This document shows positions 42,480 through 50,139 of a DNA stretch of 64,000 nucleotides, piece after piece; the first letter of the stretch is position 1; each line of letters starts with the position of its first letter. Location of the stretch: contig JAGBPS010000024.1 in the NCBI GenBank assembly GCA_017633255.1, forward strand, positions 80,592-144,591, written 5' to 3'. This DNA is from Bacteroidales bacterium (GTDB lineage: Bacteria; Bacteroidota; Bacteroidia; Bacteroidales; WCHB1-69). The position numbers and the translations under genes are program-made. Below the pieces are notes generated by a model. The model was not told the origin of the DNA. It saw nothing but the letters and a program-made list of their open reading frames with translations, and made no database searches.

Positions 42480-42563
42480 GCCTAGGTGGCGGAATTGGTA
42501 GACGCGTCGGTCTCAAAAACCGATGAGGTAACACTCGTGCCGGTTCGATCCCGGCCCTGGGTA
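42480..42563 (+). tRNA. tRNA-Leu (anticodon CAA), long variable arm
   Basis: GCCTAGG-TG-GCGGAATTGGTAGACGC..., anticodon stem TCGGT/ACCGA with loop CTCAAAA, long variable arm, T arm GCCGG-TTCGATC-CCGGC. The acceptor stem closes with two G-U wobble pairs. Confidence 0.85.
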
Positions 42564-42570
42564 CGAAAAA

Positions 42571-42598
42571 AGAGGAAGCTTCAACTTCCTCTTTTTCT
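42571..42598 (+). terminator. Rho-independent terminator after tRNA-Leu
   Basis: Stem AGAGGAAG (42571-42578), loop CTTCAA, stem CTTCCTCT (42585-42592), followed by TTTTTCTTTT. Confidence 0.75.
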
Positions 42599-43001
42599 TT
42601 TCTGAAATTGGAATTTCTTTTCTGTTCCTTTTCCAAAGATGGAAAAGGAACCAAAAGATCTTCGCCGATTGGAATGCAACCGCACAGGCCCATACCCCTC
42701 GCCAATCGGCATGGCCACCGCACGCGGCATCATAGCAGTACTTCCACTTGGCTGAGCATCGAAGATGCGTTACCTTTAGTAACCCCAGATGTAGCGCAGC
42801 GGAATCTGGGGGGATCAACGACATCATCTCCCTCTCCTCGCGGCACGCAGGGCACTTGCTCTGATGATGACACCTTGCTGCCGCGAAACACACGTACCTT
42901 TATCCAAATGTCATCTTACTTTACCTCCCCCCTTGTCTCTTTGCCATCTCAAACGATTCAGCACGACAGCAATAATCAAAACACATTTAACGAAATTTAT
43001 G

Positions 43002-43009
43002 TACTTTTG
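43002..43009 (+). promoter_or_regulatory. -7 box TACTTTTG upstream of the carbonic anhydrase gene
   Basis: Exact TAnnTTTG (GTACTTTTGCAG) 29 nt upstream of the ATG at 43038. Confidence 0.5.
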
Positions 43010-43037
43010 CAGACGGATTTAGATAGTAAGATTCATT

Positions 43038-43583
43038 ATGATAGACCAAATTATCGCTTTCAACAAAACATTCGTAGAACAGAAAGGCTACGAACAATAT
43101 CTTACCGACAAATACCCCGACAAGAAACTGGCCGTGTTATCATGCATGGATACCCGGTTGACGGAACTCCTTCCCGCAGCGCTTGGGTTGAAGAATGGTG
43201 ACGCGAAGATTATCAAAAACGCTGGTGGCTTGGTGATTTCGGCTTTCGACTCAGCAATGCGCAGTCTCATTGTCGCCATCTATGAGTTGGGGGTGAAAGA
43301 AATCATGGTGGTAGCACATAGCCACTGTGGTGCCTGCCACATGAGTTACGACCACTTCCATCATGAGATGATTGCCCGCGGCGTGACAGACGAAACATTG
43401 GACACCATACGCAAGTGCGGCATCGACTTGAACCATTGGCTGGAAGGCTTCAAAGACACAGCTGAATCCGTCCGCAAAACCGTCGAAACCATTAAAACCC
43501 ATCCTCTCGTTCCCAAAGATATAGTCGTCCGAGGCTTTATCATTGACTCAGAGACAGGTATGTTGGAGGAAATCCCTAACTAA
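43038..43583 (+). CDS. Beta-class carbonic anhydrase
   Basis: 181 aa. Zinc ligand contexts SCMDTR (Cys, with the Asp-x-Arg dyad) and VAHSHCGA (His-x-x-Cys) are typical of beta-CA. Confidence 0.85.
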   Translation: MIDQIIAFNKTFVEQKGYEQYLTDKYPDKKLAVLSCMDTRLTELLPAALGLKNGDAKIIKNAGGLVISAFDSAMRSLIVAIYELGVKEIMVVAHSHCGACHMSYDHFHHEMIARGVTDETLDTIRKCGIDLNHWLEGFKDTAESVRKTVETIKTHPLVPKDIVVRGFIIDSETGMLEEIPN

Positions 43584-43597
43584 TCACTAATCCCTAT

Positions 43598-45892
43598 TTA
43601 GAACCTCCAGTTCATGCCGAAATAGTAAAGGAAGGGCAGCTGATATACCACCTCGTTGGTGATACGGTTCACATAGAATACATTGCTGTAGTTATACACA
43701 TTGGTCAGTGAGGCACTCAGCTCGATGGAGTGGCGCTCACCGATGAAGAATTTCTTCTTGAAACCGATGTCCAGACGGTGGTATGCCGGCAGTCGCCCCT
43801 GATTGAGATCGTCCAGCACGAAATCAAGTTCCTCGTTGGCATGGATGATGTCGTCGCCAATACCTCCCGCAGGAACAAAGCTGGGATAATAGGCCTGGGT
43901 CTGCGTGAAGGGGAAGCCCGATCCGAAGTTCCAGCGCACGTCAATCTGCCAGGAGCGGCGTTTACCGAAAGCGTAAGAGGCCAATATATTGATATTGTGA
44001 CGGCGGTCGAAGTTCGGCGCATACGTCACATTGGCATCGGTACGTTTCACCCAACCCAAAGAGTACACACCCCAGAGATACAAGCCTTTATATTCAAACT
44101 TGATGGAAATATCTCCACCGTAAGCGTGACCCTGCTCCCACATGAATATCTCGTCAGCCTGCTCGTCCATCAGGTAACGGTTCACAGAAATCAGCTGCGA
44201 GAAATGCTTGTAATAGCCTTCAATATTGATACTGGTGTATTTCAACACATCCAACTCAAGACCTAAAACAGCATGCTGAGAGGTCTGGAGACGATTTTTC
44301 GGTTTTTTCCCGTTCGGCAGCGTAGGCGTGATGCTCAACTGCGAAGGACTGGAAATATAACCGTAGAAAAGGTTGACCACATCGCGGTCGGAGGTGACAG
44401 CCACATAGTTCTGCGAATACAAACCACCCGACATCTTCAGACGTATCTTCTTGGTAATGTTATATTTAATAGCCAAACGGGGTTCCGGTGACACCCTGCT
44501 CAGTGAAGTATAATATTGCAGACGGAAACTCGGCTCAATCAACAGTTTGTTCTTGTAATTGTACTTGTATTTGAGGAAGAACGAAATGTCGGTGGTATGG
44601 TCTTTCGGGTATTCTTTATTGCCATATTTGGTCCAGTACTTATACTCTGTGCTGAAACCCACGGCATTCACACCGATATTAAAAACACTTCTTCCAATGT
44701 AATAGTTGAACACCAAATTGAAATTGAAACCTCCCGTACGGGTGTATTTGCTATAAGAACCCTCGGACTGGTAAGCGGGATCGTTGATTTTGGAAACATA
44801 ATCAGAATAAGCGAAAGTGCCCTCGATGGTAGTATTGGCTTGACCAGGCACCAGCAAGAAGTTGGCTCCCACTCCCCAGTTGTTCCACTGATATTGGATA
44901 GAGCTGTTGTAATTGACTTTATCCATGAAATTGAAGCCGAAAATATTGAATTTCGAACCTCCCTGTCCTGCCAGAGTTATCTTTCCGTAAAGATCCAAGA
45001 AATTGTAAGGCAGACCGTTTTCATTGTTCACGTAAGGATAAAAGACCTTGGAGGATTGTTCCAGAAACGAGCCTTTTCCCGACAGGATGAAGCTCATGGA
45101 GGTCTTTCTGCCCTCTTTCAGCTTGATGAGGGGACCTTCCAGCAGCACCTGCGCCCCGATATTGCTCAGGTCAATTTTTCCTGACAAGCGCTTCTTGTTA
45201 CCGTCTTTCGTTTTGATATTCATCACGGAGGAAATACGGCCGCCGAATTCAGCCCCGAAACCGCCGGTATAGATATCGGCATTACTCATGATATCCATAT
45301 CGAAGACCGAAAACAAACCGATGGAATGGAAGGGGTTAAAGACAATCATTCCGTCGAGCAGCAGCATGTTCTGGATGGGCGTACCGCCACGTACATACAG
45401 CTGGCCACCCTGGTCACCCGTGGAGATAATACCTGGAAGCACCTGCAAATACTGGGCAAAGTCGGGCTGGCCGCCAATTGCCGGCATCTTGGACATTTCC
45501 TTAGGGCTGATACTGATTACAGCCGTACGCGTTTCCTGTATTTTGCGGTCGGTCTCCGCCGTTACCTGAATCTCATCCAAAGCCACCGATGACGGATTAA
45601 TCATATAGCGCTTGATCACCATTTTACTATGTACCTCAATGGTATCAACGAAAAGATCATAACCAAAGAAGTTGATAGACAGCACATATCGACCATTGGG
45701 GACCTTGTCAATGAGGAAGTTACCATTAGATTCGGTCATGGCACCGTAAGTGGTTCCCTGCAATACCACAGGACAGTAACCCACAGGCTCTCCACTGGTG
45801 GCATCATAAACAAAACCTTTCACAGTGGTTTGTGCCATTCCAAACAGCACACTGGTCAGTAAGATGATAAACGCGATAAATTTTTTGGTCAT
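43598..45892 (-). CDS. TonB-dependent receptor with N-terminal carboxypeptidase-regulatory-like domain
   Basis: 764 aa. Signal peptide, CarboxypepD_reg-like VKGFVYDATSGEPVGYCPVVLQGTTYGAMTESNGNFLIDKVPNGRY, a plug region (LQVLPGI..., LYVRGG), a beta-barrel, and a terminal aromatic residue (NWRF). Confidence 0.85.
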   Translation of the reverse strand: MTKKFIAFIILLTSVLFGMAQTTVKGFVYDATSGEPVGYCPVVLQGTTYGAMTESNGNFLIDKVPNGRYVLSINFFGYDLFVDTIEVHSKMVIKRYMINPSSVALDEIQVTAETDRKIQETRTAVISISPKEMSKMPAIGGQPDFAQYLQVLPGIISTGDQGGQLYVRGGTPIQNMLLLDGMIVFNPFHSIGLFSVFDMDIMSNADIYTGGFGAEFGGRISSVMNIKTKDGNKKRLSGKIDLSNIGAQVLLEGPLIKLKEGRKTSMSFILSGKGSFLEQSSKVFYPYVNNENGLPYNFLDLYGKITLAGQGGSKFNIFGFNFMDKVNYNSSIQYQWNNWGVGANFLLVPGQANTTIEGTFAYSDYVSKINDPAYQSEGSYSKYTRTGGFNFNLVFNYYIGRSVFNIGVNAVGFSTEYKYWTKYGNKEYPKDHTTDISFFLKYKYNYKNKLLIEPSFRLQYYTSLSRVSPEPRLAIKYNITKKIRLKMSGGLYSQNYVAVTSDRDVVNLFYGYISSPSQLSITPTLPNGKKPKNRLQTSQHAVLGLELDVLKYTSINIEGYYKHFSQLISVNRYLMDEQADEIFMWEQGHAYGGDISIKFEYKGLYLWGVYSLGWVKRTDANVTYAPNFDRRHNINILASYAFGKRRSWQIDVRWNFGSGFPFTQTQAYYPSFVPAGGIGDDIIHANEELDFVLDDLNQGRLPAYHRLDIGFKKKFFIGERHSIELSASLTNVYNYSNVFYVNRITNEVVYQLPFLYYFGMNWRF

Positions 45893-45979
45893 AGAATTTA
45901 GGTTTCAGGTATCAGTGATTAGGTATCAGTGATTAGGGGCAGTATAGTTAATAATTAATAGTTATTGTTTTTTCAGTTT

Positions 45980-46084
45980 CATTTGCACATTTGCTAATTA
46001 ACCAATTTGCTAATTCAATTAACACATTAGCACATTGATAATTAGCATATTAAAAAACTTTCAGTTTTCAACTTTCAGTTTTAA
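45980..46084. repeat. Dispersed AT-rich intergenic element, family A (copy A1)
   Basis: CATTTGCACATTTGCTAATTAACCAATTTGCTAATTCAATTAACACATTAGCACATTGATAATTAGCATATTAAAAAACTTTCAGTTTTCAACTTTCAGTTTT. Homologous copies lie at 49988 and, inverted, at 63771. Confidence 0.75.
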
Positions 46085-46596
46085 AAAATCAGCCTGATTT
46101 CTTCTTTCAGGGATTCCATCGCCGAAGCGATGGGCGATTGTCCGGCAGTTTGCTCCAAAATAGCCGAAACCAGCTCAATGCCAGGAGCATCGGGAGCGAT
46201 TTTGCCCGAACTGATATTGATGATGCGGATGATTTCTTCCTTGGCATTGCAGATTTTGTCCCACACATCGGAAGAGAGGTAAATCTGCTGCGACAGGTTA
46301 TGCTCAAACTCGGCACGGATGGAGGCAATGAGCAGCTGACGCAATTCACCGTTGGGAGTATTACCATCGTTCAGTCTCAATATCAACTGGTTAGGTTCTA
46401 TCCTCTCCAGAAACATGGCCATGCGCTCGTAAGCCTGCAGGCGTATGGGAGCGATAACGGATCTGTTATGCTCTTTCAACTCCAACAGGCGTTTGCGTTC
46501 GTCATTTCTGATAAACATTCTCATGGAGAAGAAGGCGGTCAGAAAAACAACCAACGCCACCAGAAGCGTACCGATAATATACAGTGCGAATTCCAT
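46081..46596 (-). CDS. Hypothetical membrane-anchored protein
   Basis: Start trimmed to MEFALYIIGTLLVALVVFLTAFF (single N-terminal TM helix). The rest is a soluble helical region with no recognised motif. The longer track ORF start lies inside repeat sequence. Confidence 0.55.
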   Translation of the reverse strand: MEFALYIIGTLLVALVVFLTAFFSMRMFIRNDERKRLLELKEHNRSVIAPIRLQAYERMAMFLERIEPNQLILRLNDGNTPNGELRQLLIASIRAEFEHNLSQQIYLSSDVWDKICNAKEEIIRIINISSGKIAPDAPGIELVSAILEQTAGQSPIASAMESLKEEIRLIF

Positions 46597-46650
46597 TGAT
46601 AATGTGCTAATGAGATAATGTGCAAATGTGCCAATTATTTTCGTCAAGGC

Positions 46651-46744
46651 GGTGAGACGTGGAGACACTCGCTACGCTCGCTCGTGAAGACGGTGTGATG
46701 AAATCTCGTCTTAACGCCTCCACGTCTTAACGTCTTAACGTATA
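46651..46744. repeat. Dispersed intergenic hairpin element, family B (copy B3)
   Basis: GGTGAGACGTGGAGACACTCGCTACGCTCGCTCGTGAAGACGG...CGCCTCCACGTCTTAACGTCTTAACGTATA. Inverted repeat ACGTGGAG/CTCCACGT. It abuts the glnA stop codon. Confidence 0.75.
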
Positions 46745-46746
46745 TT

Positions 46747-48252
46747 TTATCCGCAGTGGAAATAGTTATGTACAAGTTCGAGCATCTTTTCAGGATGTTT
46801 GGCGATCTCCTCGCGGATGTTCTTGTCCTTATAAGATTTCAGCATCTTGATGATGTCGTCAATCATCTCGGCATTGAAAACACCGTGCTGCTCGAAAATA
46901 TCGCGGTGGGCGCTGAGCTCATCGGCAGACTCCCAGCAGGAAGCGGGCAGCTGAGCCAGGCTTTCCAGTTTAGCCTTGTTCTCGGTCTTGTGAATATTGA
47001 CATCCACGTATGTCTTCTTGGCGAAATCGAGGGCACCTTCCATTTCGAAACCGTGACGGGCAGCCACACACAAACCGGCCAAGAGCAGGTAAATGTCAGC
47101 GGAACCGTCGGGACAACGGAATTCGATGGTCTGTTTCTGCGACAGATCCATACGGGCAGGTTTCTCCATCGGGTTCACCATGGCCACCATGTCGTTTTTG
47201 TGGGTCCAGCCCAGCGGCACTCTCACCAATACCGAACGGTTGCGGTCGCCCCAGCAAATAGAGGTAGGAGCTTCCTGATGAGGCACCAAGCGGAAGTATG
47301 AGGTGGGGTTGGTGTTGCCGAAAGCGGTCAGTGAGGAAGCGCAAGTCATGAAACCGGCGATAGCGGAATGAGCGATAGTATTCAACTTGCCTTTGGTAAC
47401 ATACTGGTTCTTGCCGTCTTTGACAATGCGGGTATGGATGTGCAAACCGCTACCGGCTTTGCCGGCAGTGATTTTCGGAGCGAAGGTCACGTCCAAACCA
47501 TACTGATAAGCTAAGTTTCTGATAATCCATTTGGCCAGTACCAGCTGGTCGGCGGCATCCTGCACGTCGGTCACCAAAAATTCAATCTCATTCTGCTCGT
47601 AAATTCTGTCCTCCATGGTGAAGTTACCCACTTCGGAGTGACCGTATTTAATCTGACCACCCACTTTGGAGATATTCAGCATGCATTCTTTGCGGAATTC
47701 CTCGAATTTGGTGAACGGGGTGGATTCGTGATAGCCGCGCTGGTCGGGAGTCAGGTACAAATCATCCTTGTCGCCAATCACGTAGTATTCCAGCTCACCC
47801 ATGGCCTGGAACTTCATGCCCGTCACTTTGGTGAAAGCCTCAGAAGCTTTGCGCAGCACATATTCGGGAGAATTTTCCATGGGCTGTCCGTCCTTGTTGA
47901 AATAGGAGCACAGCATGGAGATGGTTGGAATGTCTGCGAACGGATCCAGGAAAGCGGTGCTGAAACGGGGCACCACATACAAGTCACTGGAACCGGCGTG
48001 GATGAATGACGGGAAGATGTTGGAGCCATCAACACGCTCACCGGCGGACAGAATCTGTTCCAGATATTCGCGGTTGTTCAGCACGAAATTCAGGGTTTTC
48101 AGACGACCGTCACCTGCCACATAATGGAAGTTAATCATCGGGATTTCCTTCTCCTCGATGAATTTGATAATGTCAGCTTTTGTAAATTCTTTCGGATCCT
48201 TCTTCAGGTAGTTTACCAAAGGATTCATGCTCATTAACAAGTTTTCTTTCAT
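46747..48252 (-). CDS. glnA: Glutamine synthetase (about 500-aa type I-like form)
   Basis: 501 aa. N-terminal beta-grasp region (INFHYVAGDGRLKTLNF), catalytic-domain stretches (FQAMGELEYYV, KYGHSEVG, GSGLHIHT, NPTSYFRLVP, WGDRNRSVLVRVP). Confidence 0.88.
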   Translation of the reverse strand: MKENLLMSMNPLVNYLKKDPKEFTKADIIKFIEEKEIPMINFHYVAGDGRLKTLNFVLNNREYLEQILSAGERVDGSNIFPSFIHAGSSDLYVVPRFSTAFLDPFADIPTISMLCSYFNKDGQPMENSPEYVLRKASEAFTKVTGMKFQAMGELEYYVIGDKDDLYLTPDQRGYHESTPFTKFEEFRKECMLNISKVGGQIKYGHSEVGNFTMEDRIYEQNEIEFLVTDVQDAADQLVLAKWIIRNLAYQYGLDVTFAPKITAGKAGSGLHIHTRIVKDGKNQYVTKGKLNTIAHSAIAGFMTCASSLTAFGNTNPTSYFRLVPHQEAPTSICWGDRNRSVLVRVPLGWTHKNDMVAMVNPMEKPARMDLSQKQTIEFRCPDGSADIYLLLAGLCVAARHGFEMEGALDFAKKTYVDVNIHKTENKAKLESLAQLPASCWESADELSAHRDIFEQHGVFNAEMIDDIIKMLKSYKDKNIREEIAKHPEKMLELVHNYFHCG

Positions 48253-48303
48253 GATGCTTTTGTTTATATTTATTTCAATTTATGTCGATACTTTTAGGGG
48301 TTG

Positions 48304-48311
48304 CAAAGGTA
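48304..48311 (-). promoter_or_regulatory. -7 box TACCTTTG (minus strand) upstream of glnA
   Basis: Plus-strand CAAAGGTA is an exact TAnnTTTG on the minus strand, about 52 nt upstream of the ATG at 48252. Confidence 0.4.
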
Positions 48312-48413
48312 CGTAAAGTTTTTGAGATTATCAATTCTTTTGAAATAAAAGTTTTTTTGAGGGTTTATATTGTATTTTTCACCATTTTTGCAGAAGCAAA
48401 ATGAGGCATTGAC

Positions 48414-49235
48414 ATGTTCCACTTCAAGCACTTCTCTTTATACCACGACAACAGCACCCTGAAAATCTCCACCGATGCGCTGCTGCTGGCCGCTGCCACC
48501 CCTGTGGACCAGGTGAGAACAGTGCTGGACATTGGCTGCGGCTGCGGAGTGATTGCCTTCTGTCTGGCGTGGAAGATGCAGCAGAAAGCCCTGCAGGAGA
48601 GGACTGCGAAAGAAAATGTCACGAAGGTGGATATTCTACAAAAGAATGCTCTGCAAGAAAACATAATTCAGGAAAATACCAGTGGAGAAAAAGACTTTCA
48701 TGAAATTATTGGCATTGACATTGACGCCCCTTCAATCGGAGACGCTCTGAAAAGCAAGGAGATTTTTCCGCAAAGAAATTACCAGAACCTCCTTTTTTAT
48801 CAACAAAGTATTCAGAATTTTGCCCGCGAACACCATAAAAAATTTGACCTGATTGTCTCCAACCCACCTTTTTTTGTGGATGCCCTCAAACCCAACACCT
48901 TGCAGAAAAACATCAGCAAACACAACGACACCCTACCGTTTGAGGACTTGAAAGACGCTGTTTGCCAGTTGCTGGCACCCAACGGTCGCTTTTTCATGAT
49001 TCTTCCCGCCAACGAAAGCGAAAAGTTTGAGCAAATTTCTCAAAATCAATTATTTAAATTCTATCAATTACTGATTCAGCCCACCCCGTCAAAACCCATC
49101 AACCGCATCATCACCGGCTACCGCCTGTCCCCCACAGAAAACGGCTGTAAAACAGAATGCCTCTGTTTACGAAATGCCAACAACAACCTCTCACAACCAT
49201 ACCAACAACTGACGGAAGATTTTTTATTGGGTTGA
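48414..49235 (+). CDS. tRNA (adenine-N6)-methyltransferase-like (YfiC/TrmN6 family) SAM-dependent methyltransferase
   Basis: 273 aa. N-terminal FHFKHFSLYHDNSTLKISTDALLLAA, SAM site VLDIGCGCGVIAF, catalytic NPPFF. It carries a low-complexity insert (KALQERTAKENVTKVDILQKNALQENIIQENTSGEKD) between motif I and the next strand. Confidence 0.7.
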   Translation: MFHFKHFSLYHDNSTLKISTDALLLAAATPVDQVRTVLDIGCGCGVIAFCLAWKMQQKALQERTAKENVTKVDILQKNALQENIIQENTSGEKDFHEIIGIDIDAPSIGDALKSKEIFPQRNYQNLLFYQQSIQNFAREHHKKFDLIVSNPPFFVDALKPNTLQKNISKHNDTLPFEDLKDAVCQLLAPNGRFFMILPANESEKFEQISQNQLFKFYQLLIQPTPSKPINRIITGYRLSPTENGCKTECLCLRNANNNLSQPYQQLTEDFLLG

Positions 49236-49407
49236 TTCCCATTAGCACATTAAACATTATTTGCCACCTCGGAGAGGTGCTACGCACGCAGTGCAATTAA
49301 CACCACACCAGCCGTCAGGCGCAGTGTGGTGGATGGAGTCGTACACTCTCTACAGGCATCTCGGAGAGATGCGACAGGCTATGCCTGAGGGAGGTGATAA
49401 GTAATCA

Positions 49408-49839
49408 TTATAGTGACGAATCCTTTTCCTTCAATTTACATCCTTTCCAAACGTCATTCCAATATATTCCACCTCCTCCAAGAGCATGTCCACTATCATA
49501 AATCACAATACTATCCCCATAAAATCGTCCGTGTGGATCTGAAGTTTTGTGTGAACTTGAAGTTTTGTAGAACTCCCCATTGGAACGCACATATATGTAC
49601 ATATATCCATATAATCCCTGCATTCCCATAATTGAATCACCATAAGTAGGGGTATATTCAAGTACAAAATCTCGAGTTCCAAGATCTGTTCCGTTTATGG
49701 TTTCACAACCTTTACATCTATATGTTCCAACATATTTGTCCCTATAGTCGCCTGTGTCATCTGCGACACTTATCGTTTCATTTTTCTGACATGATATAAG
49801 AAAAATGAACATCAAAAAAATTAAACTTCTTGTTTTCAT
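49408..49839 (-). CDS. Hypothetical lipoprotein
   Basis: Start trimmed to MKTRSLIFLMFIFLISC|QKNE (lipobox). 143 aa, Gly/Tyr-rich, no recognised domain. Confidence 0.55.
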   Translation of the reverse strand: MKTRSLIFLMFIFLISCQKNETISVADDTGDYRDKYVGTYRCKGCETINGTDLGTRDFVLEYTPTYGDSIMGMQGLYGYMYIYVRSNGEFYKTSSSHKTSDPHGRFYGDSIVIYDSGHALGGGGIYWNDVWKGCKLKEKDSSL

Positions 49840-49987
49840 GTATGTGTTTTTTTTACAATTTTTTTGGACTGCAAAAATACTTTTTTTTTTTGATATGTTT
49901 TGCAAAAGTATTGCCATAACGCTATACCTAGTCTATACATCCCCTGAAGTTAATCTGACCTGACTCTGACTTAACTCCCCATTACTT

Positions 49988-50086
49988 CATTTGCTAATTA
50001 ACTAATTAACTAATTTGCTAATTTCATTGGCACATTAGCACATTGAAAATTAGCACATTAACTAATTTTCTCATTTGCTAATTATT
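49988..50086. repeat. Dispersed AT-rich intergenic element, family A (copy A2)
   Basis: CATTTGCTAATTAACTAATTAACTAATTTGCTAATTTCATTGGCACATTAGCACATTGAAAATTAGCACATTAACTAATTTTCTCATTTGCTAATTA, collinear with copy A1. Confidence 0.75.
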
Positions 50087-50092
50087 TTTTCG

Positions 50093-50100
50093 TATCTTTG
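50093..50100 (+). promoter_or_regulatory. -7 box TATCTTTG upstream of the S41 peptidase gene
   Basis: Exact TAnnTTTG (CGTATCTTTGCAG, identical to the word at 497-509) 40 nt upstream of the ATG at 50140. Confidence 0.5.
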
Positions 50101-50139
50101 CAGTTTGCATTTAAAATTATGGAACTCAAAAATATTAAT

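Noticed and set aside
42564-43037. A genomic island or prophage integrated at the 3' end of tRNA-Leu.
   Set aside because: There is no direct repeat of the tRNA 3' half downstream, no integrase or other mobile genes, and ordinary housekeeping genes follow immediately. Only a scar remains a possibility, which is noted in the findings.
42608-43201. A 197-aa plus-strand ORF and a 126-aa minus-strand ORF (42513..42893) covering the G+C-richer spacer.
   Set aside because: Their composition is low-complexity and Ser/Pro/Arg-rich. The plus ORF runs out of frame through the real carbonic anhydrase gene and across its promoter box. The minus ORF overlaps tRNA-Leu and its terminator.
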